DNA of 64,000 bases from the human T2T-CHM13v2.0 reference genome, Homo sapiens (GCF_009914755.1 NC_060934.1); one strand, 5' to 3'. Numbered from the stretch's first letter, positions 40,819-56,630 are shown. Made by a program: numbers and translations. The notes: a model not told the origin generated them from the sequence alone.

Positions 40819-41200
40819 CATATTAGTCCGTTCTCATGCTGCTATAAGGACATACCTGAGACTGGGCAATTTATAAAGGAAAGAAATTAAATTGACTCAC
40901 AGTTTCACATGGCTGGGAAGGCCTCAGGAAACTTACAATCATGGCAGAAGGCAAAGCAAACACATCCTTCTTCACATGGTCACAGGAGAGAGAAGTGAAA
41001 GCAAAGCAGGGGAAAAGCCCCTTATAAAACCATCAATCTTGTAAGAAGTCACGGACTGGCACAAGAACAGCATGAGGGTAACTGCCCCCATGATTCAATA
41101 CCTCCCACCGGGTCCCTCCCACCACACATGGGGATTATGGAAACTATAATTCAAGATGAGACTTGTGTGGGGACACAGGGGACATAGCCAAAGCATATCA
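40819..41200 (-). mobile_element. THE1-like MaLR solo LTR
   Basis: tattagtccgttctcatgctgctataagga...agccaaagcatatca. Confidence 0.9.
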
Positions 41201-41729
41201 ACCACTTTATTCTTACTCCTAGTTATTATAAATTACTGTATTTTATAATAAAGATAATTTGTGAAAATGAGCTTAACTGTCATCTTTTGTTTTACTTTTC
41301 CCCAGTTTCATACACAATATCCAGGTGCCACAGAAAAGGTAACTAGTATAAAGGAATTTACAAAATTATAATTTATGAGGTTTATTCTGTACCTTCTGCG
41401 CCTTAAAAGAGGTGATACTATTGAAATTTGGAGGTGAAAAGATTTTGACTCTGGAAAAAACTGAAGCCTTTTAGGGAACCACTTGTGGCCAAAGTCTACA
41501 GTAGACTTATATAGCAGAAAATGAATTAATAATGGTATTTGAAGAGGAAGAATGAAGCAAGAGGAGTGAGGGGTATTGGAAAAAGAAGCAAAAAAGTGAG
41601 ACAGATAAAGGAAGAATGAGAGCAGCTTCCAAGCTCTATAAAGGATCATGGAAGGAGGGGGGTTGGGAATCTAATAGGTAACTTTAAACAAGAAAAATGG
41701 TATTAAAACCAAATACCTGAAAAACTAAT

Positions 41730-41950
41730 TGATAGTGACCAAAAGCAGATCTGTGGTTGCCTGTGGCTGGGGATTGAGAAGGGAGCTTGCCTATAAAAAG
41801 GCAGACAGAAATTTCTAGAGTGATAGAAATCTTATATTTCAATTATGGTTGTGGTTACCTGAATGGCTACATTTCTCAAAACTCAATCAACCATTAAAAT
41901 GGGTGCATTTTATTGTATTCAAATTATACCTCAATAAAGTTGATTTTAAA
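41730..41950 (+). mobile_element. Old L1M 3'UTR fragment
   Basis: aaaagcagatctgtggttgcctg...tattgtattcaaattatacctcaataaagttg. Confidence 0.7.
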
Positions 41951-42246
41951 AATTGAATGTTTAGTAAAGCACACTCACAGACATATATTTAAGTGTATAG
42001 AAGAAAGAGAACACCAAAAAGGCTGCTAAAAAGAAACTTGCACGAATAAATAAAGCAAGGAAAGCATAAAACTGTCCCATAATCTTTAGGAACAATGTGT
42101 TCTAGAAGAGTAAATTTTATTGAATACTGAAGCTTATGTTTTTAAAGCCTCCCATTTTTTCAATTCATTTCCCCTAGTATCCCAACCCCAACATTCTTTC
42201 TACCACATTGGATCACCAAATCCATCAATTATATCAACTTTTTAGT

Positions 42247-42280
42247 CACACACACACACAAACACACACACACGCACACG
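42247..42280 (+). repeat. Imperfect (CA)n microsatellite
   Basis: cacacacacacacaaacacacacacacgcacacg. Confidence 0.9.
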
Positions 42281-42328
42281 TACCACCTCACCTCACTACA
42301 ATCACACCACACCGAGCTGATTTTTTAA

Positions 42329-42671
<343 letters not shown>

Positions 42672-43479
42672 TTAAATTACATTTAAAAGAAATTTGGCTT
42701 TAAGTGTATCTTGGCTTTCAGTGGAGGTCCCATTCAGAAACAAGGAACAGAGAAGTGACAGTAAAGCTGAGTGATCACCATATTGAGAAAATTCTACACA
42801 GAGGGAGGAAAATAAGCCAACAAAAACAAAATAGTTCAGTGCATCAAGGGAATCATAAATAGTCAATCTCGCTGGAAATAATAAGGGGGAGAAGAGGAGA
42901 CTGGACATGCACATAGCAAAGACCAGCCTTAGAAGTCTGAGGACGATAGCCATTGATTCTGTGACAATGAAACCTGTGTTTTGTTCATTAGCATGTCCCT
43001 GGACCGTAACAATTTTCTAGGATGTACTGGGTGCTCAACAAATATTTGACAAATAGATGGACAGATGGGTGGATATATGAATAAATAAATGACTGGCCTG
43101 AATCATGGAGGGTTTTGTTTGTGGTAAAAAGTCTGGACTTTGATCTAAAACCCAGCTTTTGCTAACCATAATAATAGACAATCATTTATGAAGTATGTCA
43201 CAAGTAATTTGTTAGAAATTAAAGTCAAAGTACCATAATTTGTGAATAATTTACTTTTTAAATTTAAATTAGAGTCTGTTCAAGATTACCCCTACATTAC
43301 TACCTTCATGTTCATTCCTTACTTTACTGAGTGGTAAAGTAAGGAATTTTAGCCAATTCACCAATAAATGCACATCTATTATAAGCTGTTATTGATAGTA
43401 AATTACCACTGCTAAACTACTAATAACTGTGGCCATTATAAATTATTGAAGTCTGTACTTCCTAAAAAATAAACTTTAG

Positions 43480-43758
43480 GTAATCCTAGCACTTTGGGAG
43501 GCCAAGGCAGGCGGATCACGAGGTCAGGAGATCAAGACCATCCTGGCTAACACGGTGAAATCCCGTCTCTACTAAAAATAAAAAAAAATAAGGCATGGTG
43601 GAGGGGCCTGTAGTCCCAGCTACTCAGGAGGCTGAGGCAGGAGAATGGCATGAACCCGGGAGGCGGAGTTTGCAGCAAGCTGAGATCGCGCCACTGCACT
43701 CCAGCCTGGGCGACAGAGCGAGAATCCGTCTCAAAAAAAAAAAAATAATAATAATAAT
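43480..43758 (+). mobile_element. AluY, 5'-truncated
   Basis: Starts at GTAATCC with Y diagnostics. Perfect TSD AAAATAAACTTTAG. Confidence 0.92.
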
Positions 43759-45169
43759 AAAATAAACTTTAGCATTTCTCAAAGTTGGGCAAATCACTGA
43801 AGTATACAAGGCATGTGAAATCACCAGTCATGTGACTCTAATGAAGGCAACAGAGAGTCATTGAATAATTTTAAGAATAGGATTGATATTATGTAATTTG
43901 TGCTAGAGAAAAATCACTTTTGTGGCAATGCCAATTAGTGGAGCGTATGAGACCTGAGGCAGGAGACTGCTACAAAAGTATAGGTGAGAGGTGGAGAAAG
44001 TCTGAACCAAGATAGTAGCAACAAATATGTAGAAAAGAAAAGGACAAGAGAAGTAAATAAGCAATAAAATTAAGACTTATGCATCAATTAGATTCACTAC
44101 CTTAGGCAAAATGGCTTTGCTTAAACAACAAGGTCAAACAGCATATAAAAGAAGAGGGTCATACTAGGTAGGAAAGATAAGAAGTTCTATATTAGACATG
44201 CTGACTTGGATACAAGGATGCCAAACTGAGAAAAAGAGGTCTGGAATAGAGGTACTGATTCAGGATTCCTGAAACAGAGGTGTAAAAGCCTAGAGAGAGT
44301 GCATAGAGTTAGCAAAAGAGAATGTCACACAGACAGAACCTGGAATAATATCACTTTTAAGATAAACAGCAAGTATTTGGGCTTCTACTGAACCCCAAAA
44401 AGAAGATGCACATAATTTGAATCATAGACCGTTAGTTCCTCCAAGTAGAGTTCCTCTTAGTGTAATTTCATGCATAGTATAGGCATTTAATAATTAAAAT
44501 GAATAATTAGAAAGCCAAAACTAAAAAGAAAGAAATCATCTATACTACGGCTAGGAAATCAGTTTCAAGACTAACTGCAGTCATTTTCGCATGACTATCT
44601 ATAAAACTGTGTCAATAGACTCTGAGGTCAAGTATGGAATTCAAAGGAAAGACTCCCATAACTCTCAGGTAACATTAAAGCCATGGGCTCAGGACAAGAG
44701 AAGCAATCATTCGTGTGTCACATATTGCCACTATTGATATTTTCTGTTTATTACATAGTTTATTTTTTATTTTAGTATATAATTTAACTATGAAAATAAT
44801 ACAAGTAAATTGTAATATCAAACAATACAGAGATAAATGCAGAAAATATAAATAATATTCCCCAACCTGCTCTGAAGTCTTATTCCCCGAAGGCAACAAA
44901 TACTCAACAAGAGTAAAATGTTCTGCATTTATGCTCTCACTCCTTTCTCCTGCTCATAAAAGGGTTTTGTTTTGGTTTCATTTGTTCATAAAATTATTAT
45001 CAAAGGAAGACATTATGACATAGGAAGCATTATGGCATATGGATAAAATTGCTAATGTCCAAATTTATTGTTAGAGTTGACTATCATTTATTATTGTTTA
45101 AAAAGTATTTTCTATAATTATATGTAAGATTATATTTTTCTTCTCTAAGAAGGTTTATCAGTAGTTTGC

Positions 45170-45570
45170 CTGCTACATTGATTTTTATCAGCGACCCAAA
45201 TGACTTCTAAGTGGCCCATTCCAATGTTCAAGTTTCAGTCTTCTTGGCAGCATTTGACACAGCTGGTCACTTTGTCCTTGAGATTTCAAGTAGTGTTCTT
45301 ACCAGCTTAATGAAGTTCCTTCTCAGATTCCCTTGCTATTCCTCCTCATTCTTCTGACATCTAACTGCTGGAGTACACACACAGTGCCCAGTCCTCAGAC
45401 CTTTTCTTTTCTCCATCTGTACTATCATCCAATTCCATGTCATAATTGCCATCTTTATTCTGTCTACCTCAAGTATGTATCTTCAGCCCAACCTCTCTAT
45501 CACTCAGCATCTTCATTTTATTGCCTAACAGGCATTCAAAATTCATACCCAAAGTAAACTCCCCATCTTT
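45170..45570 (+). mobile_element. L2 fragment
   Basis: cagcatttgacacagctggtcacttt...cttttctttctccatctgtact. Confidence 0.65.
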
Positions 45571-47460
45571 TCCTTACCCCAAAATATTACCATTGATCAT
45601 TAAATTGGGTGAGTTGGTTATTCAGCAAATTGATTGACAACTTAGCAGATATTTACCTCCACCCCTCTCATTAATCTATCCACTGAAGAACTGACCATAA
45701 TAATATCTAAAGTATCTCAGTAACGGGGAGGGGGAACTAAGAATTTTATATTCAGCAAAGTTGTCCTTTAACTATAAACTAAACTGATAGGCCATCTCAA
45801 ATATATTAAGAACTTAGTAAAATTAAGCACTTTGTAAGTGCTTAGTAAAAAGCACTTACAAGTGCTTCCTTAACAAATTCCCAGACCACAAAATCTAACC
45901 ATTCAAACAAACAAACTCAGTAATATCGAAATAATAGTAATAGGGCTGGTGTTGAGCACAAACTCTATTTTTAAATGGAACAAGGAACATGTTATTAAAT
46001 AGCTTTAATAACTACAGTTACAGAACAAACAAAAAATGTACTAAATCAATGTATAAAGAATAAGATATCAAAAATCAGAGGAGGGGGAGGGGATCTGTTA
46101 AAAAGTATGTTTGTTATTTTTTCATCTTTTATAGAAAATCACTAGTGATTGCACTGCTTTAATATGTTAACTTTGTGCTCTACAAGCCTCTACATAACTT
46201 TCAAACATGCTCTGTTCCTATGACCATCACTACATTAGAATAGAAAACAATTGAAATTGACTCCTAATAAATAGTCGTACTTGAAAGAAAAAATATGTTA
46301 ATTTCAAACTCTTAGACTGAGTTTATTCTTTTTGAATAGTGATAATGGGATTTGTAAATCGGCTATATCATTTATGGTAATGAAATATTTATCTGAGTGG
46401 AATCAACAGCTCCTCCAGTTTTATTTCAATCTCTCTTTCTTATGTTAAATTCAAGTAAAAGTAAATTAATACTTGGTATTTAAAATGCCATGTATACTGT
46501 GATCCCATTTTCCTAAAATTACATCTAGCTATATTTTGCTCAATATAGACACACTGAGAAATGTCTGGAAAGATGTTCAAATGCTGAGAATGGTTATTTC
46601 TGGAAAGTGGAATTTGGAGTGTTTTTCTGCGTTCTTATTTTTCTGAGTTGTTTAAATTTTATAATAATCACATCATTTTATAACAAAAGCTATTAAATTT
46701 TTTGTCAAGGGCCTTAGTACAAACAGAAATATTCTAATAGTTAAATCTAGTAACTCCCACCACCACCACCATCAACAAAAGCAAGGCCTTTTGCAGTTCA
46801 AAATACATGGAAGGGATCAAAGCTCAGAGGGAAAGACCTCAAGATCTTGCTTTTTTGGGTATGACATTGATCTCATCTCTTCAACAGTAATAGATAATTT
46901 TGGTTTTATGTCATCTAGCCATGACAGAGCCATTCATTGCATCATTGGTTGAGATAATATAGCATAAAGTATTTAACAGCAACCACCCTAAAGATGACAA
47001 TATGGAAATACTGCTTAATGGACAGAAATTTTTTTATCTGTAAAATAGCATAAGCCATGTTTTACCTCCTCACATTCAGAGGAGGTGATTAATGATTTTC
47101 CCCCTTGAAAATATAAAGTATTTTTTAAATGCCTATACTTCCAAATCCATATAATAATTAAGTAGCTCTGAACTTAACCTTTCAAAATTTATTCTAAAGG
47201 GTTTCTTTTACTTTTTATTCTGGCTTTCAAAATAGTAAAAGGCATTATTAAATTCCCTTCCGTAGCTGTCACCCAAATTGTACCTTTAGCACACATATAC
47301 CACCGATCTATTTGCATCTAACATTTCATTTCTTTATGCTTAAAAGCAGTAAATGTTTCAAAAACTGTAGATCTTCTTTTCAGCATAATTTTCTTTTGAA
47401 AGAAAAAATTAGATAGCAATTATCTGTTGATTTCATAAGCAGCACATATCATCGGGTTTT

Positions 47461-48023
<563 letters not shown>

Positions 48024-48819
48024 ATCATCGGGGGTTTTAAGGTCAAACATACTACTTTCTGGATCTGTGTTCAGTAGGTATGCTTTGGCCATGTTTCACC
48101 CTTTTCAACTAGACCTTCTTGGTGTGACTGTTGCAGAGTTGCCAATGAGAGAAGTTAACTTTAAAGTCAGCTTTAGTTTATTTTTATAGCCCTTGTGAAA
48201 AACCACAGTTGAATCTCTTTAAAATCAGGAGACAGCTTAATAAACTTTTTCTTTGTTTGCATATAATCATAATGGGGGCAAAAGAGGGATGGCTTAACAG
48301 GCAATGAAAACCATTTTTTTTTTTTTACATAAGGAGGGATAGATGTGAGGTGTAAAGACATTTAATTGAATTATCAGACATTCTAATATGTAGGAGAAAA
48401 TGCCTATTAGGTATTTACTACTTGTTTTACCCCCTACTTACTCAGGATTAGGCACCCCAGTCCCCTTCTATTCTAAACCAAAAGAAATAATTGAACACAT
48501 TCTGCCTGAACTATCCTGAAGCAGTGTGGCATCCATTTATTATCAACTACATTAATAATTAGGATTCTCCTAATCTTGATGGAAAGATTGAAACATTAAT
48601 GTTCTACATTTTATCCCCCATTCTCCCACTGAAGATCATGTGACCTTAAGCAAGCTACCTGTCATCACTTAGGGCTTAGTTTTCCACCTGTAAAATGATG
48701 GAAGTTACCCTAGATCTGCAGTTAGTGGATGTTGGGGGCTCACAGAATCAAAAGAAATGAAAACTAATGGATCTTTCCCCAGTAAAATGCACACATGCAT
48801 AAACCAAAGAACAAACAAT

Positions 48820-49785
48820 GTTCTACAAGGTCCCATATGGTATAGCCAGCAGTCCTCGCCCCAAACCCTAATTTTCCACCTTCATCTCCATGTTCACTCT
48901 GCTCCAGCTACATTGGCCTCCTTGCTCTTTCTCAAACATGACAAGCAGACTATCAACTTAGGGTAATTGCATTGACTGTTCTCCTCACCTGGAATATTCC
49001 TTTTTACCTCCAAGCCTTTGCTCAAATGTTGCCTTCTCAGTGAAGCTTACTCTGATCACCTTATTTAAAATTGCAGACCACGTTGCTTTCCAGCTTTACT
49101 AGCCCTTGCTCCTTGCTGTAAAATTATTTTCCCCAATGCACTTGTCATAATCTAGCTGTTCACAAAAAACTTAACATAGCAGACCTAACTGCTACCCTTC
49201 AAAAGGAAGGCTTAAAAGGTTGGTCCTTGGCTGGCATCTAGAAACTTGGGTTTCAGGAGGGTTTCCACATGCCTAGAACTGGTAAGAGTAGCTCACTATA
49301 CCTAAGTGTTTGTGCAAACAATGTAGTTTATGCTGACCATCTGCTTTCCTTTGGCCAGTATACAAATTTGGTATGTGCTAGGCAGAGGGAGGGTGCTGTG
49401 TGATCAGCCCCCAATAAAAACCCTGAGCACTGAGTCTCCAATAAACTGTACTGGTAGACAACATTTCATATATGTTGTCACAACTCATTGCTGGAAAATT
49501 AAGTGTATCCTGTGTGACTTCACTAAAAGAAGTGTGTAACTTAGTCTTTCCCAGACTTTGCTTCTTTTCCCTTTTCTCTTTGTGGATCTCGCCCAATATC
49601 TCTTCACTGTGATAAATCATAGCTGTGAGTAAAACCATATACAAGTCCTGTGAGTCCTCCTAGCAAGTCATAGGGACCAGGGGTAATCTCCGGTAACCCC
49701 AACCCGGTAGCACACTAAAATTTACTCATGAATTATGCCTAGCACATAAAAGGTGCTTGATTAATATTTATTAAATAAGTACATG
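48820..49785 (+). mobile_element. L2 3' fragment split by MER68
   Basis: cactctgctccagctacattggcctccttgct...ccttctcagtgaagcttactctgatcacc, with tail atgcctagcacataaaaggtgcttgattaatattt. Confidence 0.7.
49157..49706 (+). mobile_element. MER68-like ERVL solo LTR
   Basis: TG..AAAAACTTAACATAGCAGACCT...GGTTGGTCCTTGGCTGGCATCT. TSD CTAGC/GTAGC. Confidence 0.8.
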
Positions 49786-49913
49786 CAAAATTTTGCAATT
49801 AATTTAAGAAAGTTAATGGAGCTCCCTAAAAAAAGTGCTAATCATTGATACTGGTAAGGACTCCTTTCCAAGATGCTCTCCTTATAATTTGAAGATTCAA
49901 AATTCTAAGCAAT

Positions 49914-50216
<303 letters not shown>

Positions 50217-51929
50217 AATTCTAAGCAAGAAGATCTGTCTCTGAACTAGTTTCTCTTCCTGAAAATGCTTACATTTATGGAAAAGTAGAAGGAACTGTAT
50301 ATGTTTTAGTTGGCCAAACTAGGCACATGTCCTCAGAATTAAGTGTGACGGCATGTTGTAAACTTGGTAAAAACCCTGGCTACACATGAGCCCTTGATGG
50401 AAATATGAGGTTTCCATTTTTCTTGGATACCATAGCTTCAAAATTAGATTTGGGAAAGCCTCTTAAAGCCAGACTTTTGAAGCTCAGTAATCTTCTGAGC
50501 CAAGTTAATCTAGAGGGAGTCTCACGGCCTCCTTTAAAAATGAAAAACATGGAAAGTTAAAGAAATTTTAAAGAGGAAATTAGAAAAAGCCAACTCTGAG
50601 AACAGAGCCAATCTTTGAGTATGTGCAGAACATATGAGGGAGGGGAGAGGAAGAAAAAGTTGTTATTACTGTTAACTGAATCCTGTCAGAATCAAAAAAC
50701 AATGTGCAAAGCCCTCTCATGTCAGCAATACTACAATAGAGATAACCAGCAGCTTGGGTGCAAGCCTACATTTTAAAATATTTAATCTTTTCTGGTAGCA
50801 AGAAATATTGGCCAATATAGTTATTTTGGCAAGAAAGATGCCCACTTGTAGACAAAATGCTCACAGAACTAAATTTCATGCTGGGTACTCAAAGGGAGCA
50901 TATGAGTAGGTTCTGTTATGGGGGCATAGTAGGAGTTCAATAAATGCTAGTGAAATTAATAAGCATGCCTGGTAGGTATTCAATAAATGTTAGTGAAATG
51001 AATAAATGTGTGCAAGACACTGGGCTACACGTTGATTATAGCCTTAGTGCAAATCATACAGGTCTTAATTACTTTCTATAGTAAGTCTGGGCATATTACA
51101 GAATTTGGGGGAGATTACAAAAGCAGACCCTTAGTCAGTGAATTAAAAGAAGAGAATTGAGATTGGAAGGAAACATTTCTGCTGTTTTTAATTAACAAAT
51201 CCTAAAGTAGTTATTTTAGCTGTTAAAATAGATTCTAAGTCTTTATTCAATTTTTGCAAATTTTATCACTAAATTACTTAGCAATAGCTTCTTCTCTAAA
51301 CCATCCTCCCTCCTGCTCCACCCCACACAACGCTTTTGGTTCCATTAAAACCTGTAAGAATCTTGATTTCTTTGCAGAAAAAGTTCTTTGTGGCCCAACA
51401 CTAACTGCACTTAACATATGATCTTATCATGATATTGTTAAAAACTGTAAAACCTCAAAGGTAGCCAATTTCAAAGAGAGAAGATAAGCACTAATTATTC
51501 AATCACCAATCCCCATGTTTATAGTTGCAAAGTGCAATCAAGAATTAATTTTTAAGCTAGTCTCAAAGCACCTAAGAGAAGATAGATTAAAGATGCAGAA
51601 AGAAACATTCTAACTTCTTTACACACTGAATTCTATGTATCTCTAGAAGGAGCCTCTGGAATTCCCATGTCATCAGTTCTTTGATGGAAGCATTTATGTG
51701 ATTCTACTCTTCATTCCTACTTATGACTTAAACAGCCCGTATCTTCAGTCAGGATTCTGCATGATTAAGTGCCATCCTAGACCAATGGGACGGGTCTCAA
51801 CAGGCAGATCAGCGGCACCCAGAGGGAAAGAAATCCACATCAGATCCCAACACAGACCATAATCTTTTGACCATACCATGTAGATTTCTTATTACATTCA
51901 TGAGACTGGTTTCAGAGCCCTCTTCTTAC

Positions 51930-52380
51930 CTTATCCTAAACTTTCTCTCTAGATGATCTCAAATGCTGCCATAACTTTAAATATCATCTCTAAGCTGAAA
52001 CTCCAAATTTTAAATCTCGAGTCCACACCTCTCCTCTTAAATTCAAACTCACATATACAACTTGATTTCTGTTTTTGGATGTCTCACAGGCATTGCAAAC
52101 TTGTATGCAAAATTGAACTGTTTCACCCTACCACACACCTTGGATCTGCTTCTCTTCAACTTCTTCCATCCCTATAAGCAGCCCCTCCACCTACTCATTT
52201 GCTCAGGTGGAATATTTGTGTCATATTAATATTTATTTTTCACCTCCCTCCATACACACCCCACATTGAATCCATCAGCCAGGCCTAGTGTGTGCGCCAC
52301 ACAGATCACAAACCTGTCAAACCTTTTCTTATACACTGACAAGGTCCTAGTCCAAGATACTGTGTCATTTTTCACTTGGG
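51930..52380 (+). mobile_element. L2 fragment
   Basis: actttaaatatcatctctaagctg...ggatgtctcacaggcattgcaaactt...ccacattgaatccatcagc. Confidence 0.65.
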
Positions 52381-52829
52381 TTTCAGCATGGGGAGAAAAG
52401 TCCATGCTTATACTTGAAAAAAAAAGACCTTTTATAAAATTATAACATTACAAATTTTAAACAGGCATTTAAGAAGTCTCATACGTGTGTTCAATGGAAC
52501 ACACTTGTGTTTCTTTTTCTTTTTTATTTATAACTTTTATTTTAAGTTCAGGGTACATGTGCAGGTTTGTTATATAGGTAAACTTGTATCATGAGGGTTT
52601 GTTGTAGAGATTATTTCATCACCCAGGTATTAAGTTCAGTACCCAGTGGTTATTTTTCCGGATCCTCTCCCTCCTCTCACCACCCACCTTTCAATAGGCC
52701 CAATGTGTATTGTTCCTTTCTGTGTGTCCATGTGTTCTCATCATTTAGCTCCCACTTATAAGTGAGAACATGTGGTATTTGGTTTGCTGTTTCTGCTTTA
52801 GTTTGCTAAGAATAATGGCCTCCAGCTCT

Positions 52830-55800
52830 ATCCATGTTCCTGCATAGGACATGATCACATTTTTTATAGATGCATAGTATTCCATAGTGTATATGTACCA
52901 CATTTTCTTTATCCAGTCTACCATTCATAGGCATTTAGGTTTATTCCATGTCTTTGCTATTGTGATTAGTGCTGCAATTAGCACACAAGTGCATGCATCT
53001 TTATAATAGAATAATTTATATTCCTTTCAGTATATACCCAGTATTTGAATTGCTGGATCAAATGATATTTCTGTCTTTAGGTCTTTGAGAAATCACCACA
53101 CCATCTTCCACAATGGTCAAACTAATTTATCCCACAAACAGTGTATAAACATTCCTTTTTCTCTACAATCTCACCAACATCTATTATATTTGGACTTTTT
53201 AACAATAGCCATTCTGACTGGTGTGAGATGATACCTCATTGTGGTTTTGATTTGCATTTCTTTAATGATCAGTGATTTTAAGCTTTTTTTCATATGATTC
53301 TTGGCCACATGTATGTCTTATTTTGCAAAATGTCTGTTCATGTCATTTGCCCACTTTTTAATGGGGTTGTTTTTTTCTTGTAAATTTGTTTAAGCTCCTT
53401 CTAAATGTTGGATGTTAGACCTTTGACAGATGCATAGTTTGCTAAAATTGTCTCCCATTCTTTAGGTTGTCTGTTGACTCTTTTGATAGCTTCCTTTTCT
53501 GTGCAGAAGCTCTTTAATTTAATTAGGTCCCATTTGTCAATTTTTGCTTTTGTTGCAATTGCTTTTGGTGTCTTTGTCATTAAATCATTGCCCATGCCTA
53601 TGTACAGAATGGTATTGACTATTTTCTCTTCAGGGTTTTTATAGTTTTTGGTTTTGCATCTAAATCTTTAATCCATCTTGAGTTGATTTTTGTATACGGT
53701 GTAAGGAAGGGGTCCGGTTTCAATCTTAGCATATGGCTAGCCAGTTATCTCAGCACCACTTATTGAATAGGGAATCCTTTCTCTATTGCTTGTTTTTGTC
53801 AGCTTTGTTGAAGATCAGATAGTTGAGGTGTGTGGCCTTATTTCTGGGTTCTCTATTCTGTTCCACTGGTCTATGTGTCTGTTCTTGTACCAGTACCATG
53901 CTGTTTTGGTTATTGCAGCCTTGTAGTATAATTTGAAGTCAGGGAGCGTGATGCTTCCAGCTTTGTTCTTTCTGCTTAGGATGGTCTTGGCTATCTAGGC
54001 TCTTTTTTGGCCCCATAAGAATTTTAAAATAGTTCTGTGAAGTGTTTCAATGGTAGTTTAATAGAAATAGCATCAAATCTCTAAATCACTTTGGGAAGTA
54101 TGGCCATTTTAACAACATTGATTCTTCCTGTCCATGAGCATAGAATGTTTTTCGATTTGTTTGTGTAATCTCTGATTTCTTTGAGCAGTGTTTTATAGTT
54201 TTCCTTGTAGAGAACTTTTACCTCCCTGGTTAGCTGTATTCTGTGGTGTTTTATTTTACCTTTTTTGTGTGTGACACCTGTGAATGAGATTATGTTCCTG
54301 ATTTGATTCTCAGCTTGATTGTTGTTGGTACATAGAAACATTAGTAATTTTTGCACATTGATTTTGCATCCTGAGACTCTGTTGCAAAACTGTTGAAGTC
54401 GCTTATCAGGTTAAGAAGCTTTTGGGCTGAGATGATGAAGTTTTCTAGTTATAGGATGATGTCATCTGCAAAAAAGGGATAGTTTGACTTCCTCTCTTTT
54501 TATTTGGATGCTCTTATTTTCTTTCTCTTGCCTGATTGCCCTGGCCAGGACTTCCAATACTATGTTGAATAGGATTGGTGAGAGAAGGCATCCTTGTCTT
54601 GTGCTGGTTTTCAATGGGAAATACTAGAAATGCTTCTAGCTTTTGCCCATCAGTATGATGTTGACTGAATGAGTTTGTCATAGATGGCTCTTATTAATTT
54701 AAGGTATGTTCCTTCAATACCTAGTTTATTGAGTGTTTTTAACATGAAGGAATGTTGAATTTATCAAAAAGCCTTTTCTGCATCTATTAAGATAATCATG
54801 TGGCTTTTGTTTTTACTTCTGTTATGTGATGAATCACATTTATTGATTTGCATACATTGAACCAACCTTGCATTCTAGGGATAAAGCCTAATCGATTATG
54901 GTGGATAATATTTTTGATGTGCTGCTGGATTCAGTTTACCAGTATTTTGTTGAGGATTTTTGCATCAATGTTCTTCAAGGATATTAGTCTGAAATTTTCT
55001 CCTTTTTTTTTTTTTGTCTTGCCAGATTTTGGTATCAGGATGATGCTGGCCTCATAGATGAGGTAGAAAGAAGACCCTCCTTCTCACTTTTGTTTGGAAT
55101 AGTTTCAGCAGTAATGGTACCAGCTCTTCCTTGTACATGTGGTAGAATTCAGCTATGAATCCACCTGGTTCTTGGCTTTTTTGATTGATAGGCTATTTAT
55201 TACGGCTCAATTTCAGAACTCATTATTGATCAATTCAGAGATTCAGTTCTTCCTGGTTCAGTCTTGGGAGGTTGTATGTGTCTAGGAATTTATCTATTTC
55301 TTCCAGATTTTCTAGTTTATGTGCTTAGAGGTCTTCATAATACTCTCTGATTGTTATTTGTATTTCTGTGGGGTCAATGGTAATGTGTCCTTGTTGTTTC
55401 TGATTATGTTTATTTGAATCTTCTCTCTTTCCTTCTTTATTAGTCTAGCTAGTGGTCTATTTTATTAATTTTTTCAAAGAAATGGTTCCTGGATTCATTG
55501 ATCTTTAAATGCTTTCTCGTGTCTCAATCTCCTTCAGTTCAGCTCTGATTTTGGTTATTTCTTATCTTCTGCTAGCTTTGGGATTTGTTTGCTCCTGGTT
55601 CTCTAGTTCTTTTAGTTGTGGTGTTAGGTTGTTAACTTGACATCTTTCTAACTTTTTGATGTGGGCATTTAGTGCTATAAATTTCCCTTTTAACACTGCC
55701 TTAGCTGTGTCTCAAAGATTCTGGTATGTTGTATCTTTGTTCTCACTGGTTTCAAAGAACTTCTTAGTTTCTACCTTAATTTCACTGTTTACTCAAAAGT

Positions 55801-56630
55801 CATTTAGGAGGTTATTCAATTCCCATGAAATTATGTGGCTTTGAGTGAATTTGTTAGTCTTGATTTCTCATTTTATTACACTATAGTCCATGACATGGTA
55901 TGTTATGATTTCAGTTCTTTTGCATTTTGTAGAGAATTGTTTTACTTCTGATTATGTGATCAATTTTACAATGTGTGCCATGTGGTCATGAGAAGAATGT
56001 ATAATCTGTTGTTTTGGGGTGGAGAGTTCTGTATATATTTAGCAGGTACATTTGATCCAGAGCTGAGTTCAGGTCCTGAATATCTTTGTTATTTTCTGTC
56101 TTGATGATCTGGCTAATATTGTTAGTGGGGTGTTAAAGTCTCCCCCTATTATATTGTGGGAATGTAAGATTCTTTGAAGGTCTCTAAGAACTTAGTTTAT
56201 GAATCTGGGTGCTCCTGGGTTGGGCACATAGGTATTTAGGATCTTCTTGTTGACTTGACCCCTTTACTATTATGTAATGCCCTTCTTTGCATTTTTTGAT
56301 CTTTGTTGGCTGGCTTAACATCTGTTTTGTCAGATACTAGGATTGCAACCCCTGCTTTTATCTGTTTTCCATTTGCTTGGTATATTTTTCTCTATCCCTT
56401 TATTTTGAATTTATGTGTGTCTCTGCATGTGAGATGGGTCTCTTGAAGACAGCATACTATGATTTTTGGTTCTTTATCTAACTTGCCACTCTGTGCCTTT
56501 TAATTGGGGCATTTAAGCCATTTACACTCAAGGTTAGTAATGATATGTGTGGATTTGATCCTGTCATCATGACGTTACCTGGTTGTTTTGCAGACTTGTT
56601 TATGTAGTTGCTTTATAGTGTCACTTGTCT
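52830..56630 (-). pseudogene. Disrupted L1 ORF2 (EN/RT)
   Basis: Fragments [31 protein letters not shown] and [12 protein letters not shown]...[17 protein letters not shown]. Multiple stops and frameshifts. Confidence 0.85.

Noticed and set aside
38510-41200. Two THE1 LTRs 2 kb apart as a full THE1 element
   Set aside because: Inverted orientation, the first has its own TACAT TSD, and the intervening DNA is not THE1-int.
50925-51008. Tandem ttcaataaatg(c/t)tagtgaaat repeat
   Set aside because: Duplicated L2 3' tail; an ordinary repeat remnant.
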